Shown: one piece after another, positions 9,587 through 18,121 of the stretch
How positions within the stretch are numbered: the first letter of the stretch is position 1
Layout of the letters: every line of letters starts with the position of its first letter
From: Myxococcota bacterium
GTDB lineage: Bacteria; Myxococcota_A; UBA796; CAJQPC01
Length of the DNA: 64,000 nucleotides
Reading direction: 5' to 3'
Assembly (NCBI GenBank): GCA_036012755.1
Contig: DASCPX010000031.1
Location: 28,476-92,475 of the forward strand
Position numbers and translations under genes: made by a program
Notes under the pieces: model-generated
Told to the model about the DNA's origin: nothing
The model's database searches: none
The model's input: the letters and a program-made list of their open reading frames with translations, nothing else

Positions 9587-9730
9587 AGACCACCTCTCGG
9601 GTCACCGGACCCGGACCACGACACGAGGTTCCCGGTCGAAGGCGGGATTGACGCCGAGATGACGGTTGGTGGCGAGAATCCCGACCGCATCGAGGACCTC
9701 ATATACTGAGCCGGCTCTCAAGGAGGCCCC

Positions 9731-10765
9731 ATGATCGCGCTGCTGTCGCTCTTCGCCTGCGACCAGGACATCGGCATCCAGCAGAACGCCATCTGCGACG
9801 GAAGCGTCCAGCCCAGCGAAGACTATGTCGACGAGCCCTTCGACCGGGATGGAGACGGCTACTTCGACGCGGACAACCCCGACTGCGCGGCGGTCTACCC
9901 CGCAGAGAGCCTCGACTGCGACGACGGAAACGCAGACGTGAACCCCGGCGCCGACGAGATCGCCTGCAACGGCTGGGACGACGACTGCGACGCGGAGACA
10001 GAGGACGAGGCGGACGTGGACGACGACGGCTTCCCGAACTGCGACGACTGCGACGACCTCAACCCGGACGTCTACCCTGGCAACTCCGAGACCGAGTGCA
10101 ACGGCCTCGACGACGACTGCAACGAGGACACCCTCGACGACCCGGACGTCGACGAGGACGACTACACGGTCTGCGAGGGCGACTGCGACGACATCGACGC
10201 CAACATCAACCCCGGCGCCGAAGAGGTCCCCTGCAACGACGTCGATGACGACTGCAGCTCCGCGACGCCCGACGCCGAGGACAAGGACGGCGACACCTGG
10301 TCGACCTGCGACGGGGACTGCGACGACAACGAGAGCACGGCCTGGCCGGGCTACGAGGAGATCTGCGACGACGAGGTCGACAACGACTGCGACGGGGAGT
10401 GGGACGAAGACTGCGAGCTCGACTACACCGACACCTGGTTCCTCGACACGAGCATCAGCTACGACTGCGCCTACGGGTTCGTGGAGCTGTCCTTCTCCAT
10501 CGTCGACATCACGCACTCGGGCACGAACATCGCCATCTACGGCGGCGGCACCGGTGGCCAGCCGGGCACGACGACCGGCACGCTGGACGACTCCGACCAG
10601 AGCTTCGAGACGGACCGCACGGTGACCGGCGGCTGCGATGAGACCTACCAGTTCATCGGCGAGTTCACGAACGCCGACACCTTCGAGGGGGTGTTCAAGG
10701 CCAAGTTCGTCGGCAGCTGCTACGACTGCAGCAACAAGACCTGGTCCATCGTCGGAACGCGGTGA
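9731..10765 (+). CDS. MopE-related (putative metal-binding motif) repeat lipoprotein
   Basis: AAGGAGG RBS; MIALLSLFAC. Repeated DCDD....NPGA.E..CNG.DDDC units, then a beta-rich C-terminal domain. Confidence 0.85.
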   Translation: MIALLSLFACDQDIGIQQNAICDGSVQPSEDYVDEPFDRDGDGYFDADNPDCAAVYPAESLDCDDGNADVNPGADEIACNGWDDDCDAETEDEADVDDDGFPNCDDCDDLNPDVYPGNSETECNGLDDDCNEDTLDDPDVDEDDYTVCEGDCDDIDANINPGAEEVPCNDVDDDCSSATPDAEDKDGDTWSTCDGDCDDNESTAWPGYEEICDDEVDNDCDGEWDEDCELDYTDTWFLDTSISYDCAYGFVELSFSIVDITHSGTNIAIYGGGTGGQPGTTTGTLDDSDQSFETDRTVTGGCDETYQFIGEFTNADTFEGVFKAKFVGSCYDCSNKTWSIVGTR

Positions 10766-10780
10766 GTTAGACCGAGCGTC

Positions 10781-12832
10781 GTGGTCGCGCTCCTCAAAAA
10801 ACCCGCGGTGCTGTTCTGCCTCCTCGTCGCGGCAGCGCTGTTGTTCCGCCTGCCGGCGACGGACGCCGGGCTGCCCTACTGCTGGCATCCCGACGAGCCC
10901 AAGCTCATCAACAAGGGCATCGAGATCCTCCAGACCGGAGACTGGAACCCCCACTGGTTCCACTACCCGAGCCTTCCGATCTACGTCCAGGCCCTAGGCG
11001 CCGCGCTCTCGTACCTGGGCTCGATGGGCTCCACCGACTTCGTGAAGCTCGCGGACATCCCGACCGGGCTGGACACCGGGCTCATCCACACGATCGGCGA
11101 CCCCGAGATGTGGGAGCGCGGTCGCAGGATCACGGCGCTCATGGGCGCCATGACCGCAGGACTCACCTTCCTCGCCGGAAGACGCCTCTTCGACGACACG
11201 CGGATCGGTGCGCTGGCCGGGTTCTTCGTGGCGTTCTCGCACTACCACGTCGTCCACAGCCGCTTCATCACGGTGGACGTGCCCACGTCGATGGCCCTGG
11301 CGGCACTGCTCTTGGCGAGCGCATGGGTCTACCGCGTCGGAGAGAAGCGCCACTACCTCCAGGCCGCGGCAGCCCTTGGCCTGGTCATCGGCTTCAAGTA
11401 CAACGCCGCCGTTGCGGCGGTCCTGCCCGTGACAGCGTGGCTCTTGTCGGAGCGGCGGAGCGAACGCCTCTGGCTGGGCATCCTCCTGGTCCCACTGGCC
11501 GGAGTGGTCTTCGTGATGACGATGCCCTTCGCCCTCTCCGATGTCAGCACCGCCCTGACGGACATGGCGAAGGAGGTCAACCACTACATGTACCGGGGCC
11601 ACGACGCCGCCTCCACCGAGTCGGGCCTGACTCACCTGTGGAAGATGGTCCGGAGCATCTCGACCGACTTCCTCCCCGCCTGGGCGGTCGGGATCGCCGG
11701 AGCGCTCGGCCTGGCTGGCCGCGGGCGGTGGCGGCCCGTGGCGCTCCTCGCTGTCTTTCCCGCGGTCTACCTGGTCTACATGAGCGGCTCCGCCGTCTTC
11801 TTCAAGCGCAACATCGTCGTGCTGGTGCCGGCGCTGGCGCTGCTCGCCGCGGTGGGCTTCGTCTGGCTCTTCGAGGCTATCGCTCCGAAGCTCGGCGACC
11901 GGGCTGGCCTGCTCGCAAAGGTCGGCGTCGTCCTGCTGCTCCTGCCCGCCGGGGTCTCGGCCTCCGAGACCCTCAAGAGCGTGCGATACGGCACGGACGC
12001 CCGGACGGAGATCACGCAGTGGCTGGCGGAGGAGGCCCCGAACGACTGGATCGTGGCCGTCCCCGTCGAGCTCGGCATCCCGGCTGAGGAGCTCGTGGGG
12101 TTCGAGCACATCGAGGTCTCACTGCTCGACGGCGGCAAGGGCTGGCGCGAGGCCGGGGCCACCCACGTCATCGGCTCCGACAAGCTCGAACGCGCAGGGG
12201 TGCGCAAGACCTCCATCACCGACGAGGCCGTCACCGCTGGCGTGAACTGGTTCGCCAAGCGCGAGCCGGTGCGGGCGCGGGGCAAGGGCGCTTGGGCCCT
12301 CGACATCAACGCCCGCAACCCTACGGTCGGCGTCTACGAGGTGGGCGGAAACGTACCCGCGTCCTCGAGGGGCGAGACCGCCGCGGCGCCGGTGGTCGAG
12401 GGCGAACTCGACGATCCCTCGCGTTGGCAGGTGGTCCCAGCGGGGAGCAACAGGATCACCTTCGCAGAGGGCCGCATCCGCCTCGACGCTCCCGGAAGCG
12501 ACCAGCCGGTGAAGGTCTGCGAGCTCGCGCGGACCCCCGTGGTGGAGTCGATCCGGGTGGTCGGCCGCTGGCGCTACGAGGGCCTGACGCGCGAGCGCAT
12601 GGCAGGCCAGCTCACCGCCCGGTTCTTCACTGGGGACGGCAGCCTGATCGAGGGAGAGACGGACGTCGACAAGGGCATCCAGCTCATCGCCCAGGGGGTC
12701 GCATCGGCTGACTGGTCCGACCTCGACGTGGTGATCGAAGCCCCGCCAAGGGCCAAGAAGGTGCGCCTGTGCGCGGAGCTCGGAAGCGAAGAGGGCTTCG
12801 TCGAGATCGACGACCTGCGACTGTCCGACTGA
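10781..12832 (+). CDS. GT39/PMT-like (ArnT-like) membrane glycosyltransferase with C-terminal soluble domain
   Basis: GLPYCWHPDE, WNPHWFHYPSL, HSRFITVDVP and GFKYN, multiple TMs. C-terminal beta-sandwich-like region ending IDDLRL. Confidence 0.8.
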   Translation: MVALLKKPAVLFCLLVAAALLFRLPATDAGLPYCWHPDEPKLINKGIEILQTGDWNPHWFHYPSLPIYVQALGAALSYLGSMGSTDFVKLADIPTGLDTGLIHTIGDPEMWERGRRITALMGAMTAGLTFLAGRRLFDDTRIGALAGFFVAFSHYHVVHSRFITVDVPTSMALAALLLASAWVYRVGEKRHYLQAAAALGLVIGFKYNAAVAAVLPVTAWLLSERRSERLWLGILLVPLAGVVFVMTMPFALSDVSTALTDMAKEVNHYMYRGHDAASTESGLTHLWKMVRSISTDFLPAWAVGIAGALGLAGRGRWRPVALLAVFPAVYLVYMSGSAVFFKRNIVVLVPALALLAAVGFVWLFEAIAPKLGDRAGLLAKVGVVLLLLPAGVSASETLKSVRYGTDARTEITQWLAEEAPNDWIVAVPVELGIPAEELVGFEHIEVSLLDGGKGWREAGATHVIGSDKLERAGVRKTSITDEAVTAGVNWFAKREPVRARGKGAWALDINARNPTVGVYEVGGNVPASSRGETAAAPVVEGELDDPSRWQVVPAGSNRITFAEGRIRLDAPGSDQPVKVCELARTPVVESIRVVGRWRYEGLTRERMAGQLTARFFTGDGSLIEGETDVDKGIQLIAQGVASADWSDLDVVIEAPPRAKKVRLCAELGSEEGFVEIDDLRLSD

Positions 12833-12835
12833 GGA

Positions 12836-14923
12836 TCAGGTCCGCACCATCGTCGACGGCATGGAGTGGCGAAGCGAAGCAAGGTGCCGGGCTTGCTCGG
12901 CGGGCACCGCTCGCGAGAAGAGGTAGCCCTGCCCATGAGCGCAGTCGAGGCTACGCAGGTGCCGCAGCTGCTCCGCCGTCTCGATCCCCTCGGCCACCAC
13001 CCCCTTGTCGAGGGACTTCGCCAGGCTGACGATCGCGCGCACGATGGCGCAGTCTTCACGACGCAGCGGCAGGCCGCTCACGAACGCGCGGTCGATCTTG
13101 AGACTGTCGATCGGGAACCGGTGCAGGTAGGCCAGCGAGCTGTAGCCGGCGCCAAAGTCGTCGAGGTGCACCTTCACCCCGTGTCTGCGGAGCGCCGCCA
13201 GCATCTCGATGGCCGTGTCGGCGTTCTCGATCAGCGCGGTCTCGGTGAGCTCGAGCACCAGCGAGCGGGGGTCCATGCCAGTCTGGCGGAGGATGCGGTC
13301 GACGATCTCGACGAACTCCGGCTGACGCAGCTGGTGGCTGGAGACGTTCACGCTCATCGACAGGCTGCTCTCTCCGCCCGCGTTCAGCTGTCGACCGAAG
13401 CGACAGGCCGTCTGCAACACCTGGGTCCCCATCGGCGTGATGATGCCCGTGTCCTCGGCCTCCGCGATGAAGTCGCCTGGAAGGACGAGGCCCTCTGTGC
13501 CTGGACGCTTCCAACGAACGAGCGCCTCGAAGCCCTCCAGCGAGCCGTTTCCAAGGTGGAGGATCGGCTGGTAGTGAACGATGAACTCACCGCGGTCGAT
13601 GGCACGACGCAGCCCGGTCTCGAGCTCGAGCCTGGACAGGGCCCAGCAGTGGAGATCCTCGTCGAAGACCTCGAAGCGCGCCTTGCCGAGGCGCTTCGCG
13701 CGGTACATCGCGGTGTCGGCGTCCCTCAGCAGGTCCTCTGGCTTGCCGTAGCTCCCGTCCCCGTGACAGATGCCGATGGAGACGCTGGTGAAGACCTCCT
13801 GACCACCTACGACGACGGGCACGCCGAGGGCATCGTGGATGCGCTTGGCCGCGGCCTCTGCGCCCTGCTCGGGATCGATGTCCTCGAGCAGCAGCGCGAA
13901 CTCGTCACCGCCCAGGCGCGCGACCGTGTCGGATGGCCGGACGCACTGGCGCAGGCGGCGCGACACCGCGATCAGCAGCTGGTCTCCGACGAGGTGGCCG
14001 AGGCTGTCGTTGATGACCTTGAAGCGGTCCAGGTCCAAAAACAGCACGGCAAAGGCCGCCCCGTCCTGCCGCTGGGAGCGTCGAATGGCCTGGGCCAGGC
14101 GATCCAGCAACAGCGTGCGGTTCGGCAGCCCCGTGAGGTCATCGTGCAGCGCCTCGTGCAGCAAGCGCGCGGCCGCCTCGCGGCGTCTGGTGACGTCCGA
14201 GAGCGAGCCTGCCATGCGGGTCTGCCCGTCTCGGCGAACCGCCCGGCCCCGGGCCAGCATCCACCGCCAGTGGTCTGACTCGGTCCGCATGCGATGTTCG
14301 TGCTCGACATGGGGGGACAGCCCGCCCAGGTGCTCGCGGATGGCAGCCAGAAGCGAGTCGAGGTCGTCCGGATGGACCCGAGCGAACCAGTCTTGGGCCG
14401 AGGAGATGCGCAAGTCGTCTGGCAGACCGAGCATGTTCCGCCAGCGTGAGCTGGCCACGAAGCTGTCCTCCTCTACGTGCCAGTCCCAGATGCCGTCACG
14501 CGCCCCGTCCAGGGCCCGGGCGTAGCGATCACGACTGCGCTCGAGCTCCCTCACGAGACGGCCACGCTCCAGCGCGTAGCGAATGGCCCGTCGAACCACC
14601 TGCGCGTCCATGTTGCGCTTGATGAGGTAGTCCTGCGCGCCGCCGGCCACGGCCTGCAGCGCCACGTTCTCGAGCTCCATGCCGCTCTGCACGACGATGG
14701 GCACACCTCCAGCCGCGGCGAAGGCTGCCTCGAAGGTGGAGAGCCCCTGGCTGTCGGGGACGTGGAGGTCCAGGAGCGCCACGTCGAAGCCTCCCCCCTC
14801 GAGGTGGGCGACGGCGTCGGCGAGGAGCGTGACGTGGGTCACGCTGAGCTCTTCCCCTTCCAGCCAGCCCACGAGACGCTCGGCCTCGGCAGGGGAGTCT
14901 TCCAGGATCAGCACCTTCAGCAT
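12836..14923 (-). CDS. REC-PAS-GGDEF-EAL c-di-GMP signalling protein
   Basis: REC (LEDS, LLDL, YLIK), PAS (DGIWDW, VHPDD), RPSD I-site and GGDEF, EAL, DDFGAGYSSL. Confidence 0.95.
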   Translation of the reverse strand: MLKVLILEDSPAEAERLVGWLEGEELSVTHVTLLADAVAHLEGGGFDVALLDLHVPDSQGLSTFEAAFAAAGGVPIVVQSGMELENVALQAVAGGAQDYLIKRNMDAQVVRRAIRYALERGRLVRELERSRDRYARALDGARDGIWDWHVEEDSFVASSRWRNMLGLPDDLRISSAQDWFARVHPDDLDSLLAAIREHLGGLSPHVEHEHRMRTESDHWRWMLARGRAVRRDGQTRMAGSLSDVTRRREAAARLLHEALHDDLTGLPNRTLLLDRLAQAIRRSQRQDGAAFAVLFLDLDRFKVINDSLGHLVGDQLLIAVSRRLRQCVRPSDTVARLGGDEFALLLEDIDPEQGAEAAAKRIHDALGVPVVVGGQEVFTSVSIGICHGDGSYGKPEDLLRDADTAMYRAKRLGKARFEVFDEDLHCWALSRLELETGLRRAIDRGEFIVHYQPILHLGNGSLEGFEALVRWKRPGTEGLVLPGDFIAEAEDTGIITPMGTQVLQTACRFGRQLNAGGESSLSMSVNVSSHQLRQPEFVEIVDRILRQTGMDPRSLVLELTETALIENADTAIEMLAALRRHGVKVHLDDFGAGYSSLAYLHRFPIDSLKIDRAFVSGLPLRREDCAIVRAIVSLAKSLDKGVVAEGIETAEQLRHLRSLDCAHGQGYLFSRAVPAEQARHLASLRHSMPSTMVRT

Positions 14924-14930
14924 CAGCGTC

Positions 14931-16256
14931 TCACTCGACAGGAAGTCCGAACTGGAACGTCGACCCGCCGTTGTTCGAGTCGACCCAGATCCACCCCCCG
15001 CGCGCCTCTACCAGGCGCTTGCAGATGGCCAGCCCGAGCCCGGCGCCGCCCTTGGGCACCTCGCCCCGCTGGTAGGCGCCGAAGATACGCTGGCTGTCCT
15101 CGAGCGGGATCCCCGGTCCGTTGTCCGCGACCGAGAACACCCAGTTGTCGTCTCGTTGAACACAAGAGACGGTCACCACGGGCTCGCCGTCGGCGTAGCG
15201 CACGCCGTTCCCGATGAGGTTCTGGAGGAGCTGGAGCAGCTCCGTCCGCGGCACCGTCACCTTCGGCAGCGGTCCGCGCTCCACCTTGCCCCCGCGCTCC
15301 TCGATGAGGGCGCCCAGGTTCGAGACCGCCTCGTCGAAGACACGCTCGGCGTCCGTCTTCGCGCCCTCTGTTGCCTCGTGCGGGAGCAGGTCGCGGACGA
15401 AGACCTCCATCCGCCCCACCGTCTCGCGAGCCTCGTCCAGCAGCCGCTCGACCTTGGGGTCGACCTCTTCGCCGAGGCGCTGGCCCAGCTGCTCGTGACG
15501 GATGGCGAGGGTGCGCAGGGGTGCCTGCAGATCGTGGGCGACGGTGTGGGCGTACTGCTCGAGGCGCTCCTTCTCCGCAAGCAGGAGCGTGTCGCCGGAT
15601 GCGGGTGTCGCCGCATACCGAGCCTCGGCGAGGTCCCTGGCGAGGCGCTCCTCGTCGCTGACGTCGATCAGGACACCCCACCCTGCGGAGAGCCGCAGCT
15701 CGAACCAGGCTCCTCCGATCCGCACTCGCTTCCGAGTGTCCGAGCCATCGAGCTCCTGGTCTATGGCGTGCAGGACGTTGGTCTCCGGCCCGGCGCCGAA
15801 GAGACCGTCGAAGGCGGGGTTCGCGTCGATCAGGCAGCCGCCGCCGTCGACATGGAACCAGGGCAGACCCGCCCTCTCGAGCATGCGACCCAGGTCCGGG
15901 CTGGTCTCGCTTGGAGTGACGGCGGACAGCGTGGCGGGCAGCTTCGCGACGAAGGCCATCGGCACCACGCCGTCGATGCCGCCGCGGGCGACCTCGTCGG
16001 GAGGCGCGTCCCCGAGGACCAGGGTCTTGCAGCTCGGGAAGCGGCGCCTCAGGGTGGCGACGAGCTCGGCGGGAGAGGTCCAGGCCAGGGCCCAGGACAA
16101 GACGCAGGCGTCGATCTCGCCGGCTGCGAAGGCCTCGGCGAAGCCCATCGCCCCGGCGACCTCGCGGACCTCGACACCGCTCCCACGCAAGACATGGCCT
16201 GCGAGGGATCTCAGGTCGGGATCGTCCATGACGAGGAGGACGCGGGAGCTGGCCAA
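14931..16256 (-). CDS. Cytoplasmic sensor histidine kinase (degenerate REC, PAS-like, HisKA, HATPase)
   Basis: AHDLQAPL, QNLIGNG, DNGPGI, GAGLGLAICK. Start uncertain (TTG 16256). Confidence 0.9.
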   Translation of the reverse strand: MASSRVLLVMDDPDLRSLAGHVLRGSGVEVREVAGAMGFAEAFAAGEIDACVLSWALAWTSPAELVATLRRRFPSCKTLVLGDAPPDEVARGGIDGVVPMAFVAKLPATLSAVTPSETSPDLGRMLERAGLPWFHVDGGGCLIDANPAFDGLFGAGPETNVLHAIDQELDGSDTRKRVRIGGAWFELRLSAGWGVLIDVSDEERLARDLAEARYAATPASGDTLLLAEKERLEQYAHTVAHDLQAPLRTLAIRHEQLGQRLGEEVDPKVERLLDEARETVGRMEVFVRDLLPHEATEGAKTDAERVFDEAVSNLGALIEERGGKVERGPLPKVTVPRTELLQLLQNLIGNGVRYADGEPVVTVSCVQRDDNWVFSVADNGPGIPLEDSQRIFGAYQRGEVPKGGAGLGLAICKRLVEARGGWIWVDSNNGGSTFQFGLPVE

Positions 16257-16414
16257 GGGGAAGCGGGGCGGGGGGTAGTGGTGGGATCTCGACGGAAGAG
16301 GACACCATAGCGGTAGTGGATCATTAAGGGAAGTATTGACGTGTCATGCATTTCGGGCTTTTCCCAGACATACTGCTGCTTACACTTTCCCGGACCCGAA
16401 CAGTGGAGGGCGAC

Positions 16415-16990
16415 ATGCAGGATGTCTTGCTTCTGAACGCCGACTACTCTCCTGTCCGAGTCCTGGACTGGCGTCGGGCAGTGAATCTGCTGATCGACAA
16501 GAAGGCCAACCTCGTCGCTCCCTACGAGGGTCGCCTCATCCGCTCGCCGAGCACCACCCTGCCCTGGCCTGCCGTGGTGAACCTCAAGCAGTACGCAAGC
16601 CACCGCGGCAAGGTCCGCTTCAGCCGTCAGAACGTGCTCGCGCGCGACGTCTGGACCTGCCAGTACTGCCGGAGGGCGCCCCGCACCGGGCTCGGTCACC
16701 CGATCACCGTCGACCTCACCCTCGACCACGTCGTGCCGCGCTCGCGCTCCAACAAGGGCCGCGTGACCCTGCCGTGGAACGGCAAGCGGGTGCCGGTGAC
16801 CTCCTGGGAGAACGTCGTGACCGCATGCCGGGGGTGCAACCAGCAGAAGGCAGACCAGACGCTGAAGCAGGCTGGCTTCTCGCTGCGCCGCTGGCCGCGC
16901 CGGCCGACGCCGTGGGAAGGAGTCCAGCTGCTCTTCTCGAGGGTGACCATCCCCGACGAGTGGAGGGACTACCTGCCAGCGGCGGCCTGA
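16415..16990 (+). CDS. HNH endonuclease (McrA/COG1403-like)
   Basis: GGAGG RBS; VLLLNADYSP, FSRQNVLARD..TCQYC, LTLDHVVPRSR, SWENVVTAC..CN..K. Confidence 0.9.
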   Translation: MQDVLLLNADYSPVRVLDWRRAVNLLIDKKANLVAPYEGRLIRSPSTTLPWPAVVNLKQYASHRGKVRFSRQNVLARDVWTCQYCRRAPRTGLGHPITVDLTLDHVVPRSRSNKGRVTLPWNGKRVPVTSWENVVTACRGCNQQKADQTLKQAGFSLRRWPRRPTPWEGVQLLFSRVTIPDEWRDYLPAAA

Positions 16991-17033
16991 TCCTCATCGG
17001 GCACCGTGTCGTGGAACTTCGTCAGATCGAGCA

Positions 17034-18101
17034 TCAGAGCTCCGGCGAGGTCACCGGGAGATGCAGGCGAACCTGGGTGCCGGCGCCTACCTGGGAGAGG
17101 AGCTCCATCCGGCCCCTGTATTCCTGGGTTGCCCGCTGGACCATCGCCAGCCCGACCCCGCTCCCCCTCGCGCCCTTTGTGGTGTAGCCGCCCTCCAAGG
17201 CGCGCTGGCGCACGGACGGGTCCATGCCGGCGCCGTCGTCGATCACGTCGACCATCACCTCGTCGTCCCGATGCAGCGCCGAGATGACGACGGTGCGGGA
17301 GCCCGCGTGGCCGGCGTTGATCACGAGGTTCAGCAGCACCTGGGCGAGCACGTGGGTGGGCATGCGAACCGGTGGGATGTTCACGTCCACGTGGGTCGTG
17401 ACCTTGGGGTTGCGCTTGCTGCCCGCCATGACGACAGCCGCCTGGATGGCCGCCATGCAGCTCCCCGGCCCTGTGGTCCTTCGCACCAGGGTGCGCCCGC
17501 TGCGCGCCACCGTTCGGATGTGGTCCAGGGTGGACTCCAGCGCGTTCATGGTCTCCCTGGCCCGTCCGAAGCGCTGCTTGTCCACGCTCACGCGAAGGTC
17601 CTCGAGGTAGGCCATCATCGCGGTCAGCGGGTTGTTGATCTCGTGGAGGATGGTCGCGGCCACCTCGGTCGGATCGAGGGGTCGAGCGCCCTGGGGTCCA
17701 CCCTCACGCGCCTTCAGCTCCGCCACCTCCTTCGCGTGGACCTCTCGGACCCGCTCCTCCTGAGCCGCTCGAGCGCGGGCGACCTCGACGACGCGAAGGA
17801 GCGCGTTGCGCTCCAGCGGCACGGAGATCCAGTCGACCGCGCCACGCCGGATGGCGTCTGAGACGATCATCGGATCCGCCGGTCCGACAGGGACCACGTC
17901 GACGTGACCCGGGTGGGCGAAGGAGACCGGGTCGAGGCGCGCGTCGCCCAAGAGGAGGCAGCGCCTCGACATCGCGACGAGGTCGTGGGCCTCGCGGCGG
18001 TCGTGCACACACCGACTCGACCACCCGAGTTCCTCGAGCAGCTCGGCGACCGTCGGCCCGAAGGTGGGCCCGGAGAAGATGATGATGTCCGGCTGACTCA
18101 A
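17034..18101 (-). CDS. Histidine kinase with N-terminal pseudo-receiver domain
   Basis: HEINNPL, LLNLVINA, DDGAGM, YTTK, GSGVGL. The REC-like N-terminus lacks the acidic pair and the conserved Lys. Confidence 0.85.
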   Translation of the reverse strand: MSQPDIIIFSGPTFGPTVAELLEELGWSSRCVHDRREAHDLVAMSRRCLLLGDARLDPVSFAHPGHVDVVPVGPADPMIVSDAIRRGAVDWISVPLERNALLRVVEVARARAAQEERVREVHAKEVAELKAREGGPQGARPLDPTEVAATILHEINNPLTAMMAYLEDLRVSVDKQRFGRARETMNALESTLDHIRTVARSGRTLVRRTTGPGSCMAAIQAAVVMAGSKRNPKVTTHVDVNIPPVRMPTHVLAQVLLNLVINAGHAGSRTVVISALHRDDEVMVDVIDDGAGMDPSVRQRALEGGYTTKGARGSGVGLAMVQRATQEYRGRMELLSQVGAGTQVRLHLPVTSPEL

Positions 18102-18121
18102 GGTGGCGAAAGCCTACCGCG

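Noticed and set aside
9602..9604. Selenocysteine or readthrough TGA upstream of the 77-aa ORF
   Set aside because: No redox motif or evident SECIS hairpin; the upstream frame is probably the antisense shadow of 9731-10765.
16257..16308. Phase-variable G6 tract (16270-16275) that could join ATG 16308 to the kinase frame
   Set aside because: Removing one base gives MVSSSVEIPPLPPPRFPLASS, but the tract is short and TTG 16256 already gives a complete protein. Cannot be distinguished from chance or error.
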